Below are positions 1 through 12,256 of a DNA stretch of 64,000 nt, one piece after another. Position numbers and translations under genes: made by a program. This stretch comes from an uncultured Holophagales bacterium (GTDB lineage Bacteria > Acidobacteriota > Thermoanaerobaculia > Multivoradales > UBA5704), in NCBI GenBank assembly GCA_963842525.1, contig CAWJGT010000001.1, forward strand, positions 544,001 through 608,000. Direction: 5' to 3'. Position 1 is the stretch's first letter; each line of letters starts with the position of its first letter. A model generated the notes under the pieces. That model worked only from the letters and a program-made list of their open reading frames with translations. It made no database searches and was not told where the DNA came from.

Positions 1-4
1 CACC

Positions 5-862
5 GTGCTCTTCGCCACCCACACGCCGGCCGGGTTCTCGCTCCTGCATGCCGAGATCGAGCCGTTCCGCTCCTATGTGATGACCGTGCGGCTGCGCGGC
101 GAGGAGCCGCCCGACGGCCTCTTCTTCGACACCGCCGATCCCTACAACTACACGCGCATGCAGCCCACCCCGGAGGGTCCGGTCCTGATCGTCGGCGGGA
201 AGGACACCAAGACGGGGGACGAGCACGAGGAGGAGAGCTACCGGGCCCTCGAGGCCTACATCCGCCAGCGCTGGGACGTCGAGTCGATCGAGCATCGCTG
301 GTCGGCCCAATTCTACGAGCCGCCGGACGGGCTGCCGCTGATCGGCGGCGCCCTGACCTCGCCGCGGGTGTTCGTCGCCACCGGCTACTCGGGGACCGGT
401 CTGGTGTTCGGCACTCTGGGCGGCATGCTGCTGGCCGACTTCGCGATGGACCGCGACAACCCCTGGGCCGAGGTCTACCGCACCTCGCGCTTCAAGCCGC
501 TCGCCGGCGGCCCCCAGGTGGCGAAGCTCGGCTTCGAGGTCGCCACCCGGTTTGTCAAGGACCGGGTGACGGTCCCGAAGGTGGGTGACCTGTCGGAGGT
601 ACCGGTCGGGGAAGGGCGGGTGGTCGAGATCGGCGGCGAGCGGGTGGCGGTCTACCGCGAGGAGGGCGGCGCGGTTCATGCGGTGTCGCCCGTCTGCACC
701 CACGCCTTTTGCATCGTGCATTGGAACGCGGCCGAGAAGAGCTGGGACTGCCCCTGCCACGGCGGCCGGTTCCAGCCGGACGGCTCGGTGATCGAGGGGC
801 CGCCGGTGAAGGGGCTGGAGCCGGTGGCGATCGAGTCTCTGACCGCCACCGGGCAGCGGTAG
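5..862 (+). CDS. FAD-dependent oxidoreductase with C-terminal Rieske [2Fe-2S] domain (5' end outside window)
   Basis: Rieske motifs CTHAFC and WDCPCHGGRF; oxidase C-terminal motif DGLPLIG...ATGYSGTG. Confidence 0.9.
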   Translation: MLFATHTPAGFSLLHAEIEPFRSYVMTVRLRGEEPPDGLFFDTADPYNYTRMQPTPEGPVLIVGGKDTKTGDEHEEESYRALEAYIRQRWDVESIEHRWSAQFYEPPDGLPLIGGALTSPRVFVATGYSGTGLVFGTLGGMLLADFAMDRDNPWAEVYRTSRFKPLAGGPQVAKLGFEVATRFVKDRVTVPKVGDLSEVPVGEGRVVEIGGERVAVYREEGGAVHAVSPVCTHAFCIVHWNAAEKSWDCPCHGGRFQPDGSVIEGPPVKGLEPVAIESLTATGQR

Positions 863-925
863 GGTACTCGTCTGGCTCCCTCTCCCCCGGTACCGGGGGA
901 GAGGCTGGGGTGAGGGGGGACGGGA

Positions 926-2269
926 TCAATCCTTCCAGATCGTCTTCCACCAGGGCTCGTCGTCCTCGGCGGCGGGCCCGCTCGCCTTCAGGTTCATCCG
1001 GCCGCGGATCTTGTTGATGTCCCAGCCGGTAAGCTTGGCCAGCGTCTGGGCCTGCTCGTCCAGGCGGTGCGGCAGATCCCGGCGGTATGCGGCGGCCTGC
1101 GGACAGCTATCGTTTCCCTTCCAAGGATGGCGCAGGATGTAGCGTCCCTGGAAGGTGGTGCGGTCCCCGGTCTCCTGGAACACGAGGTCCTCGGGGAAGT
1201 GGGCCGCGTCGTAGCGCACGTGGAGCCGGGAGAGGAAGACGTCCTGCGCGCCTCCGGGCATGTCCGGGCGCGGGCTTTTGCGCTCGATCCAGAAGACGCC
1301 CAGCTCGCGCAGCTCGTCGCTCGACAGCGGATCGGCGGCGCAGGGGTCGCACCAGGCCATGTCCCAGGCGTATTCGAGGAAGACCACGCGCATGTCCTCC
1401 TTCTGCACCTGCCGCGCGAACATCGCGCTGATAGAAGTCGGCGAACTCCTCCTTGACGAAGAGCGGGACCTCGGCGTCCGAGGGCAGGCGGACCGTGCGG
1501 TAGTTGGTGGTCTCGACGCGCCCCTTGCGGGTCAGGGCGTAGACGAACAGCTCCTGCGGGCCGTCGGCGTTGACCATGCCGAGGCGGATGGGGAGCATGA
1601 ACTTGGGCGATCTCGTAGGCGACCTGGATCGGCCGCAGGTAGGTGAAGCCGAGCTTCGACTGCTCCTTCAGGTTCACCTTGGCGACGAAGAACCGCATCC
1701 CCTGCTTGAGGTAGCTGCCGAGCACCTTCGAGGCCCCGGCGGGGACGCGGTAGCCGCTCTCGCGCAGCCAAGTCTCCAGCCCTGTGCTCTGCGTGGCCGA
1801 GAGGATCAGGATGTCGTACTCGCCCACCGTGTAGCTGGCCTCGATCGTCACCCCCAGGCTCTTCGCCCGGTCGGCGGCGCCGCCGGCCGCAGCCGACATC
1901 TGGGGAGCGGCCTGCCGCGACTCGTAGAGCACGGTCCTGCACGGATTCTCGTCGAAGTACTCGACCAGCCGCGGCGCCGAGTAGGCGTCCAGGTGGTCGA
2001 GCAGAGCCTTCTCCGCGACGTGGATCTGCTCCCTCTGGATGAAGGTCGGCACCGGGATGACGACGGCGAACTCCTTCGGGTCTCCCTTGAAGTCGTTGGC
2101 CATGGTCAGGACGGTCCGGTCGCCGTCGCGCACCAGGACGACCTGCGAGGCCTTGTTGAAGAGCTTCGTGTCGGCCTTGGCCACGTAGAAGCCGCAGAAG
2201 CCCAGGGCGGTGCGCGCGGTCACGATCATGAGGGCCGCGGTCAGACAGAGAAAAGGCGAGCCGTTTCAC
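926..2269 (-). CDS. DUF2330-family protein with about three apparent frameshifts (~2245, ~1610, ~1430)
   Basis: FCGFYVAKADTKLFNKASQVV, MLPIRLGMVNADGPQEL and FLEYAWDMAWCDPC are consecutive pieces in different frames; GTG start overlaps the upstream stop. Confidence 0.75.
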
Positions 2270-3126
2270 AGGATTCTCCTTTCGTGCCGCCAGGCGTAGC
2301 GCTCCCCGGGCAGGAGCCGGTCGAGGAGCGGCACCACGGGGGAGAGGAAGGCCAGGGACAGGAGCAGCCCGTTGGGCCGGTAGAGGACGAAGTGGACGAA
2401 ACCGGCGCCGAGGGCGACCAGCAGGGCGAACAGGATCCGGCCGGCGCGGGAGTCGGGCGTGGTCCTGGGGTCGGAGATCATGAAGAAGGTGAAGATCAGG
2501 AACGCGCCGCTGCCGAGCTGGTGGAGCGGGATGGCCGTCGGCTGCCCGAGCCAGAGCGCCCGGCCGAAGAGGACGGCCAGGTAGAAGGCCAGGAAGGCCC
2601 AGGTGACGTCGCTCCGGGCCGCCCGGTTCACCACCAGGCCTCCCAGGCAGGCGACGAGGAAGGCGAAGAACGCGGCGCTCCCCCACTGGCCGGGGGAGAC
2701 CCAGACCTGCCCGGTGGCGAGCATCATGGCGACGATGCCGAAGTTGGTCGGGTTGAACAGATGCTTGCCGCGCCAGCGGATCACGAACTTGCTGGCGATG
2801 GTCACGGCCGCCGCGACGAAGGCGAGGAGGAGCGAGCCCGTCCGCAGCAGCAGGCAGAGCGACAGCCCCGAGATCAGGGCGCTCCGCGGGTCGAACGCCG
2901 GGAGCCGCCAGAGCCGCGTGCAGGCATACTGGGTGAGCAGGGCGGTGGCGAGGAGGGCCGCCGCCTGGAGGGGATGCACCTCGAGGTCGAGCCGGGTGAC
3001 CCCGTAGATCAGGAGCGAGGCGAGGACGGCGATCTGGTAGAGCCGCGGGTCGCGGAGCGGGCGCAGGCGGGCGCTGGCCGCGGTCGCAGTGTTGGGATGG
3101 GGGGTGGCGAGGATCGTCGACGTCAT
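2266..3126 (-). CDS. RnfD/NqrB-like integral membrane protein
   Basis: Multi-TM protein with DPRLYQI, KHLFNPTNFG and FFMISDPRTTP motifs. Confidence 0.8.
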   Translation of the reverse strand: MTSTILATPHPNTATAASARLRPLRDPRLYQIAVLASLLIYGVTRLDLEVHPLQAAALLATALLTQYACTRLWRLPAFDPRSALISGLSLCLLLRTGSLLLAFVAAAVTIASKFVIRWRGKHLFNPTNFGIVAMMLATGQVWVSPGQWGSAAFFAFLVACLGGLVVNRAARSDVTWAFLAFYLAVLFGRALWLGQPTAIPLHQLGSGAFLIFTFFMISDPRTTPDSRAGRILFALLVALGAGFVHFVLYRPNGLLLSLAFLSPVVPLLDRLLPGERYAWRHERRIL

Positions 3127-3246
3127 CGGGGCAGCTCCTCGGACCCTTATTAGACACGCCGAGCCTGGGAAAAGAAACCGGCCTGCGAGGGGACACCCGC
3201 AACGGATTCCAGGTTAGAATCGTATGCACAAGCATCGACCAACGGA

Positions 3247-4537
3247 GTGAGGTTTTTCCCGATGCCAAGAAATGAAGCACGTCTGCTGTCCACACTGGCC
3301 TTCTTGCTCGTCTCGTTCGTCTCGACATCCGCCTGGGCCGGAACCCTGCCGCTAGGACCCAAGATCAACGTCAACGTCTGCACGACGTTCACCTGCTCGG
3401 TCTCTTCGCCGGCGGTCGCGGGGGCCGCATCCGGCGCCTTCGCGTTCGCCTGGGAGGGGACCAGCGCGGCCGATCCCCAGGGGATCTCCGGCCGTTTCTT
3501 CACCAAGACGGCGGCTCCCCGCGCGATCGTCCTGGTGAACAAGGACAAGCCCGCTCAGCAGTACGACACGGCGATCGCCGCGGACCGCGGGGGCAACTAC
3601 GTCGTGGTGTGGTCCGAGGTGAACGGGAACAACAGCGACATCGTGGCGCAAAGGGTCAATCCCGCCGGTGCGGCGATCGGCGCCCTCGTCCGGGTCAGCG
3701 CCGACCCTCCCGGTTCGCCGGTGGCTCCCGCGGACCTCGAGCCGGCGGTCGCCACCACGGCGGACGGCGGTTTCGTGGTCGCCTGGATCCGGGTGATCCC
3801 GCCCAGCGGGAAGCTCACCGGGCTCGCTGCCCGACATCCTGGTGCGCCGGTTCAGCAAGACCGGGGCTCCGACCGGGGCGCCGGTGAAGATCAGCACCGG
3901 CCTGGTCCGCGGCACGACGCCGGACCTGTGCGTCGACAGCTCCGGCCGGGAGGTCGTGGCCTGGATCACGGTGAACGAGAACGTGCCGTTCAAGCCGAAC
4001 AAGAAGGGCGTCGCTCTGCGGCGGCTCTCGGCGAAGAACGCTCCTCTCGGCAATACGCTCGTGGTGGCCCAGCCGCTGGCCACGGAGTCCGAGGTCGCGC
4101 TCTCCTGCGGGACCGGCGGCTCGTTCGTGGCCGTCTGGACGAGCGACCTGCCTTCGGGGGCGTCCGGCCCGATCGGAGTCGTGGGGCAGCGGTTCGACCA
4201 GGCCGGGAAGCGGGTGGGAGGGGTCTTCCAGGTCAACAGCGACGCCACAGGGGAGCAGACCTCGCCCGCTCTCTCGCACGATGCGGCGGGGAATTTCGTC
4301 GCAGTCTGGCGGACTCATTCGACCGTGGGCGAGAAGATCGCCGGACGCCGCTTCCGCTCCACCGGTGCGCCGGACGGTGCGGAGCTCACGGTGCACGCGC
4401 GGACCGCGCCGGAGGGGAGGCTCTTCCGGCCGGACGTGGCCCACATGGGCCCCGGCGGAGGGTTCGTCGTGATCTGGCAGGAGGAGAGCTTCGCCACGTT
4501 CGCCCAGCGCTTCCAGGCGACGGCGGCGCGGCGCTAG
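3247..4537 (+). CDS. Secreted repeat protein (probable beta-propeller-like), frameshift near 3825
   Basis: Signal peptide; repeated PAVA..GxFVVxW...I.xQRF units continue from ORF 3247 into ORF 3842-4537. Confidence 0.65.
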
Positions 4538-5323
4538 CTACAACGAACGCCCGGCGGGCGTGCGGCCGGCCGGTGTTCGCCCAGCCACCAGGGCGGTGAC
4601 GGCCGCCGCTCCGGCCTGCCGGAGGACGGCGGCCGCGGCCTCCAGCGTCGCGCCGGTGGTGGCCACGTCGTCGACCAGCAGCAGGTGGAGGGAGCGGACC
4701 CGTGCACCGCGCCGGACGTGGAAGGCGCCGTGGAGGTTGGCGAGCCGTCCCATCCTGCCCAGGGAGGTCTGCGGCGGCGTGGCACGGACCCTCCGGAGGA
4801 CCGGCATGAGCGGCAGGCCGAGGCGGGCGGCCAGGGCGCTGGCGATTTGCTCGGCCTGGTTGTAGCCGCGCAACAGCCGGCGGCGCCAGTGGAGCGGCAC
4901 GGGGATCACGGCGTCGAAGCCGGCGAGCTCGCTTCCCCACCGGTCCGCCAGCACTTCGCCGAGATGCCGCCCCAGGTAGTCGAGCCGCCGGAACTTGAGC
5001 GCCTGGACGACCGCCGGCAGCGGATCTTCGTAGCTCCACAGCGCGAGCAGGCGATCGAAGGCCGGCGGATGCTCCCGGCAGGAGGCGCAGGTCCCGCCGG
5101 GCAGCTCGATGCCCGTGCCGCAGATCGGGCAGGCGTCGGCCGGGACTGGCCGCAGCCGTGCGCGGCAGGCCCGGCAGAGCCCCAGGGCCACCCCTGTCGC
5201 GGGCAGCGGCTCGCCGCAGCCGAGACAGGGCGCGGGGAGGAGGACGTGGAGCAGCCGGTCGCGCCATCGTGGGAGCGGCGGCGTGACGCCGGAGGGTCCC
5301 TCTTCGTATAACCGTGCAGCCAT
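4538..5323 (-). CDS. comF: ComF family protein (double zinc ribbon + phosphoribosyltransferase)
   Basis: Four CxxC pairs, PVPLH, RGYNQA, LLVDDVATTGATL. Confidence 0.9.
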   Translation of the reverse strand: MAARLYEEGPSGVTPPLPRWRDRLLHVLLPAPCLGCGEPLPATGVALGLCRACRARLRPVPADACPICGTGIELPGGTCASCREHPPAFDRLLALWSYEDPLPAVVQALKFRRLDYLGRHLGEVLADRWGSELAGFDAVIPVPLHWRRRLLRGYNQAEQIASALAARLGLPLMPVLRRVRATPPQTSLGRMGRLANLHGAFHVRRGARVRSLHLLLVDDVATTGATLEAAAAVLRQAGAAAVTALVAGRTPAGRTPAGRSL

Positions 5324-5391
5324 GACCGGTGTGGCGTGCCGGAAGGCTATACTCGCCGGCGTGGCGGCCACGGCCGCAAAGGAGGGGGATC

Positions 5392-5946
5392 TTGAAGCAT
5401 CATCACCATCGCCTGCTGGGACTTGCGCTGGCCTGCGCCGCGCTCCTGCTGCCGGGCGCCGCCAGCGCCCAGGAGCGGTACAACTACACCGTCGGGGCCC
5501 TCGGCGGGATCGGCGGCTCGATCGACGTCGACCGCGGCGACGACCTCGCCAACACCGGCTATCAGCTCAACCTGACGATGATCACCGAGCCCAGGACGCA
5601 CGTGGGATTCCGCCTCGGCAAGCTCGCTCTCGACGGCGAGGAATTCTTCGGCTCGCTCCGCGAGGCCGAGCTCTCCTACGTGACGGTCGCCGGGGAATAC
5701 CGGTTCCGGCAGGCCTATTACGAATCCGGAGTCTACTTCGGGCTCGGGGGCTATCGCCTCGAAGGGATCGGAGGGGACGACCGGGACACCTCCGACACCT
5801 CGGTCGGCCTCGCCGTCGGCATCACCGGGGAGTTCAAGGTCAACCGGTGGCTCGGCGCGCTTGTGGAGATCTCGGGCCATTGGGCCGACTTCGACGAGGC
5901 GCAGATCTTCGCCATGGCCCATGGTGGCCTGGCGATCCATTTCTGA
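5392..5946 (+). CDS. Outer-membrane beta-barrel protein
   Basis: AAGGAGG RBS before TTG, signal peptide, alternating beta strands, C-terminal Phe. Confidence 0.75.
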   Translation: MKHHHHRLLGLALACAALLLPGAASAQERYNYTVGALGGIGGSIDVDRGDDLANTGYQLNLTMITEPRTHVGFRLGKLALDGEEFFGSLREAELSYVTVAGEYRFRQAYYESGVYFGLGGYRLEGIGGDDRDTSDTSVGLAVGITGEFKVNRWLGALVEISGHWADFDEAQIFAMAHGGLAIHF

Positions 5947-6024
5947 GGCGCTGATCGGAGGACCTCTAGGGAAAGGGCGGCCGGCGGAGGTTTTCGGATC
6001 TTCGCGGCGATCTCGAGCAAGGGC

Positions 6025-6633
6025 TCACGGGCCGGAGCTCGATACCGCTGCGGTGCTGGCCGGCAGGGAGCGGAGATGGCTCGCCAGGCTCTCCCGGATG
6101 GCGGGGTCGTCCCAGTTGGTCATGCCGACGAACTTTTCGACGACCTCGCCGCGCACCACGAGATAGGTCTCGGGCAGCTTGTTGGTGCCGTAGCGGTTCG
6201 CCACGTCCCAATCCGGGTCGAACAGCACCATGTCCCAACCCGACCCGAGGAAGGACGTCACCTTGGGGATCGAGTCTGCTACCGCGACCATGACGACCGA
6301 GAAGTCCTCGTGGGGGTTGAAGTCCTTCGCCAGGCGCTGCAGCGCCGGGATCTCCTGGATGCAGGGCGGGCACCAGGTGGCCCAGAAGTGGACCAGCGAC
6401 ACCGGCGCGAGCTGCGGTCCCAGCGTGGCGGGCTGGCCGCCGGCGTCATAGAGGAAGCCGCCAGGCTCCTTGAAGGTGCGCCCGTCGCGCGGCCAGAAGA
6501 GCGCGGCGAGCGCGCAGACCCCGAGCGCGGCAACCAGCAGCTTCGCCTGGAGCCCCAGCCCTTGCGGCGATCCGGTCGTGGCGGGCAGGGCCGGGGCCGG
6601 TGTCATCGTGTCGGTCTTGGTCGTGGAATTCAT
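6025..6633 (-). CDS. TlpA-family thiol-disulfide reductase
   Basis: HFWATWCPPC motif, N-terminal membrane anchor, LPETY. Confidence 0.9.
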   Translation of the reverse strand: MNSTTKTDTMTPAPALPATTGSPQGLGLQAKLLVAALGVCALAALFWPRDGRTFKEPGGFLYDAGGQPATLGPQLAPVSLVHFWATWCPPCIQEIPALQRLAKDFNPHEDFSVVMVAVADSIPKVTSFLGSGWDMVLFDPDWDVANRYGTNKLPETYLVVRGEVVEKFVGMTNWDDPAIRESLASHLRSLPASTAAVSSSGP

Positions 6634-6720
6634 GGTCGTGCTCCGGCGTTTTCCAAAGCGAGGGCCGGATCCTGACCCGATTCCCTCGCTTCCTAGAATA
6701 ACCCCATCGGACCTGAAAGT

Positions 6721-7854
6721 TTGTACAGCTTCGAAGAAAGTCGATTCGCACGCCCCCGTCGGGCGTTCCTGGTCGGCCTGATCGTGCCGGGCCGGCCGGG
6801 CCACGTCGTCGAGGAGCACCTGGACGAGCTGGCGCAGCTCGCCGAGAGCGCGGGCGCCGAGGTGGTGGGCCGCGCCATGCAGGGGCGCAGGGCTCCTGAT
6901 CCGGCCACCTACATCGGCCGCGGCAAGGCCGAGGCGATCGGTGCCACCGCCCGCGAGCTGGGTGCCGACCTGCTGGTCTTCGACGACGACCTGTCGGCGG
7001 GCCAGATCAAGAACGTGGAAGAGGTGAGCGGCCTGCCGGCGATCGACCGCAGCGGCCTGATCCTCGAGATCTTCGACCAGCGGGCCCGCAGCCGGGAGGC
7101 GCGCACGCAGGTCGAGCTCGCGCGCTGCAACTACATGCTCCCGCGCCTGACCCGGCAGTGGACCCACCTGTCGCGCCAGGGCGGTGCCAAGGGCGTGCGC
7201 GGCGGCGAGGGCGAGAAGCAGCTCGAGCAGGACCGCCGCCTGCTGCGCGCCCGCATCCGCCGACTGGAGGCGGACCTCGAGAAGATCGAGCGCACCCGCG
7301 GCGTGCAGCGGCGCGGGCGCCGCGGTGTGCCGACGGTCGCCCTGGCCGGCTACACCAACGCCGGCAAGTCGACGCTGTTCAACCGCCTGACGCACGCCGG
7401 CACCCTGGCGGAGGACCGGCTGTTCGCCACGCTGGACGCCAAGCTCCGGCGCGGCATGATTGGAGATAACGGCGATGGCAGCAACGGTGGCAACGGCGGT
7501 CATGGCGGCAACGGCAGCGCGGTCTTCTCCGACACGGTCGGCTTCATCCGCAAGCTCCCGCACCACCTCGTCTCCTCGTTCCGCAGCACGCTGGGCGAGA
7601 TCGCGGACGCCGACCTGGTGCTCCACGTGGTCGACCGCAGCCATCCGCGCTGGCGCGAGCAGTTGGAGGTCGCCGAGGCCGTGCTGGACGACCTGGGGGT
7701 GGACCGTGACCGCATCCTCCAGGTGTTCAACAAGAGCGATCTCGTCGCCTCCGGCGAGCCGCGAAACGGCGGCGTCTGGGTGTCCGCCGCGACCGGCGAG
7801 GGGATCGAGGCGCTGCGGGCCGAGATGGCGAGCCGTCTCGCCGCGCCGAATTGA
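6721..7854 (+). CDS. hflX: Ribosome-associated GTPase HflX
   Basis: GYTNAGKS, LFATLD, DTVGF and NKSD G-motifs; IFDQRARSREA. Confidence 0.95.
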   Translation: MYSFEESRFARPRRAFLVGLIVPGRPGHVVEEHLDELAQLAESAGAEVVGRAMQGRRAPDPATYIGRGKAEAIGATARELGADLLVFDDDLSAGQIKNVEEVSGLPAIDRSGLILEIFDQRARSREARTQVELARCNYMLPRLTRQWTHLSRQGGAKGVRGGEGEKQLEQDRRLLRARIRRLEADLEKIERTRGVQRRGRRGVPTVALAGYTNAGKSTLFNRLTHAGTLAEDRLFATLDAKLRRGMIGDNGDGSNGGNGGHGGNGSAVFSDTVGFIRKLPHHLVSSFRSTLGEIADADLVLHVVDRSHPRWREQLEVAEAVLDDLGVDRDRILQVFNKSDLVASGEPRNGGVWVSAATGEGIEALRAEMASRLAAPN

Positions 7855-7879
7855 CACATCCGCATCGACTCGCTAGTAT
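7851..7879 (+). promoter_or_regulatory. Sigma70-type promoter of tRNA-Ala
   Basis: TTGACA (7851-7856), 17 bp spacer, TAGTAT (7874-7879), just upstream of the tRNA. Confidence 0.8.
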
Positions 7880-7893
7880 TCCCCGGCTCGCGT

Positions 7894-9446
<1,553 letters not shown>

Positions 9447-9485
9447 GGATCATCCTCCGCTTGACTTCCGTCTGCACGATTTATA

Positions 9486-9665
9486 TCATATTTTGGGGTC
9501 CGGAGGACGGCCGGCGGGCAGATTTTTGGCGTCGCGTTGGGCACGATAGGCCTCGATCAGCAGCCGGGCGAGACGGTAGGCCTCTTCCCGCATGATCTCG
9601 AGCTGGCGATCGTCGGCCGGCGCCTCGTCGCCCAGGATTTCGCGGCATCTCTCCAGGGACAGCAT
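9486..9665 (-). CDS. 59-aa protein upstream of the integrase (MLSLERCREILG...), candidate recombination directionality factor
   Basis: Read from sequence (below the ORF track cutoff); ATG abuts the upstream stop; function inferred from position. Confidence 0.55.
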   Translation of the reverse strand: MLSLERCREILGDEAPADDRQLEIMREEAYRLARLLIEAYRAQRDAKNLPAGRPPDPKI

Positions 9666-10508
9666 CTATCCGGCGCTCCCAGGGCTCTGCGGGAGCAGGC
9701 CCAGCTCGTGGAGCCGCGTGCGGAGGCGGCGCCGGCTGATGTGGAGGTGGTGGGCTATGGTGGCGAGGCTGGGCTTCCGCCGGCCTCGCAGGCGGGCGGC
9801 CTGGAGGTGCAGGTCCCAGGCCTCTGCCAGGACGGCGTCATCGAGGGGTTTCGGGGGCTTGCCTCCCCGGCGGTGGCCTCCCCGGGCGGCCAGGGCCCGG
9901 AGGCGGGCGGGGTCGTTGACTCTGCCGGCCTGGCGGAGGGCTTTGAGGTGTTTGCGGGCGGTGGCTTCGGAGACGCCGAGCTTGCGGGCGATCTCGCGCA
10001 GGGTGAGCGGGTGGCGGCCCCTGCGGCCTTCCCACCAGTCCAGGAGCTCCTCGGCATTGACGGTGGCCGAGGGCCGGCCCCAGGTTGCCCCAGGGGTGCG
10101 CAGGCGCGCGAGCTTCGCGGCCTCGGCGCGGAGCTGGCGGTCGAGGCGGGCGGAGAGGTCGAGCCAGTCTCGCCAGCGGATGGCCCCGGCCGGGTCGGTC
10201 GTGTCGAGGTGGTCGTCTACGGCGATCAGGGCGACTCCCTGGGCGGCGAGGAGGTTGCCCAAGCCGGTGAGATGGCGCAGGGAGCGCGCCAGGTGGCCCA
10301 GGCTGGGTACGAGGATGCCTTGGATGGATCTGGCTCTCACGGCCACCAGGAGGCAGCGGTGGCCTTCTCTCGGGCCTTCGTGCCAGGGGCTTGGGTCGGT
10401 GTGCTCCGCGGCGATGGTCCAGCCTCTGCGGGCCGCGTAGGCGGCCAGGCCGGCGAGAGGGTGCTCGACGTCGTCGCCCGCGGTGCGGGCGTAGAGGGCG
10501 ACTTTCAC
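9666..10508 (-). CDS. Resolvase-like protein with degenerate catalytic motif and C-terminal HTHs
   Basis: VALYARTA instead of YxRVS, LGHLARS, IARKLGVSEATARKHL. Confidence 0.7.
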   Translation of the reverse strand: MKVALYARTAGDDVEHPLAGLAAYAARRGWTIAAEHTDPSPWHEGPREGHRCLLVAVRARSIQGILVPSLGHLARSLRHLTGLGNLLAAQGVALIAVDDHLDTTDPAGAIRWRDWLDLSARLDRQLRAEAAKLARLRTPGATWGRPSATVNAEELLDWWEGRRGRHPLTLREIARKLGVSEATARKHLKALRQAGRVNDPARLRALAARGGHRRGGKPPKPLDDAVLAEAWDLHLQAARLRGRRKPSLATIAHHLHISRRRLRTRLHELGLLPQSPGSAG

Positions 10509-10909
10509 GATTTCCTCCTGCGCTTGCGGGGTCGCGTTCGATTGCGGTAGCGCGCCAGGACTCTGCGGATGGCGGCCGCGGTGAGCGGGCCTCGGCCACT
10601 CTGGAAGAGCAGCTCCGGTTGGCCCCAAAGATGTGTCTGGTTGAGCCAGAGGATCAGGTGCGCGCCGAGGTCGTCGGGCAGGGCTCTGGACCAGCGGAAG
10701 CCCTGGCGGCGGACGGAGACGACCACGCGGCGCCTGGTGGTCATGGCGATCGCCGAGGCGCGGAGGGCGGCGATCTCGGCGGAGCTCAAACCGGCCGCGG
10801 CGAGCACGAGGATGGCGCTGTCGCGCAGGCCCAGGGGACGGCCGCGGTGCATTTCGCCCGGATTCACCCGCGCAAGGAGCGCACGCGCCTGCTCGCGGTT
10901 CAGGGGCAT
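10505..10909 (-). CDS. Truncated/degenerate tyrosine-recombinase-like protein
   Basis: GLRDSAILVLAAAGLSSAEIAAL resembles Xer box I without the catalytic Arg; no HxxR or Tyr region. Confidence 0.55.
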   Translation of the reverse strand: MPLNREQARALLARVNPGEMHRGRPLGLRDSAILVLAAAGLSSAEIAALRASAIAMTTRRRVVVSVRRQGFRWSRALPDDLGAHLILWLNQTHLWGQPELLFQSGRGPLTAAAIRRVLARYRNRTRPRKRRRKS

Positions 10910-12256
10910 CAGAAGGGATCCGGTCCGGCCGGGGCCGGGGTCGCTCGGTTGCGGAAGGAGGTGGTGGAGCCGGCCCAGGTCAGCTCGATGGTGCCGGTCT
11001 GCCCGTGCCGGTGCTTCGCGACGATCACCTCGGCGAGGCCTCGGAGGGTGTCGTCGTCGGGGTTGTAGACCTCGGGACGGTGGATGAAGGCGACCTGGTC
11101 GGCGGCCTGCTCGATGGCCCCGGACTCGGCCAGGTCGGCGAGCTGGGGCCGGGGATCGCTGCGGCGGGTGAGCTCTCGATTGAGTTGGGAGAGGACGAGG
11201 ACGACGACGCCCAGCTCGCCGGCGAGCTCTTCGAGGCGCTGGGTGATGTGCGCGATCTCCAGGCGCCGTTGCTCGAAGCGGGCTCCGGCATTGACGAGCT
11301 GGAGGTAGTCGACGACCAGGAGGGCCAGGTCGGGATACCGGGCTTTGAGCCACCAGGCCCTCGCCTCCAGATCGCGCAGGACGAGGCCAGGTGTGTCGTC
11401 GAGGTAGAGCGGGGCCGCCAGCATGCGCCGGGTGGCGGCGTACAGCTCCTGCCACTGGCGGCCGGAGAGGTGGCCGGCTCGCATGTAGCGGGCGGCGACA
11501 TCGGCTTCGGCGGAGCCGAGCTTCATGCCCAGCTCGTCGGAACGCATCTCCAGGGAAAAGACTCCGACCGGCTTCTGCAGGTCCACGGCGACATGGCGGG
11601 TGAGGTCGAGGGCGAGAGAGGTCTTGCCCATGCCGGGCCGTCCGGCGAGGACGTAGAGGCCGCCTTGCAGGAGGCCGGGGCCGAGGCGATCCCAGGCCGG
11701 GTAGCCGGTGGCGAGGCCCTGGAGGGTCTCGGGGCGGCCCTCCTCGATGGTGAGGAGGAGGCGGTCGAGCACCTGGCCGGCCCCCGCCCAGCGGACGCGT
11801 GCGGCGCGGCCGAGGAGGTGATCGGCGGTGTCACGGAGGCCGGCCAGGCAGCTCGGCGACGGGGCGGGCGGTGGTGGCGGTCTCGATGATGGTCTTCCGG
11901 GTGCCGGCGATGAGGTCGCGGCGGACGCTTCGTTCGCGGACGATCTCGGCGTATTCGTCGAGGCGGTCGAGGTCGGGCAGGTCGAGGTCGAGGGTGGCGA
12001 GGTAGGCCGGGCCGCCGACGTCGGCCAAAACGCCGGCCTGCTCGAGGTGGGCCTGGAGGGTGAGGAGGTCAGGGGTGGAGCCGGCGTCGGCGACGTCGAG
12101 GAGGGCCTGGTAGAGGACGCGATGGCGATCGACGTACCAGTCGCGCGGCTCCAGGCGGGCGCGCACCTGGACGATGCGCATCGGTTCCAGGAGGAGGGCG
12201 CCGAGGACGGCTCTCTCGGCTTCTTCGCTGTGGGGAAGGACGAGCTTGCGCTTCAT
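10909..12256 (-). CDS. dnaB: Replicative DNA helicase DnaB (phage), one frameshift near 11848
   Basis: N-terminal PHSEEAERAVLG; GRPGMGKT, VVDYLQL, LSQLNR, ESGAIEQAAD, KHRHG. Confidence 0.9.
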
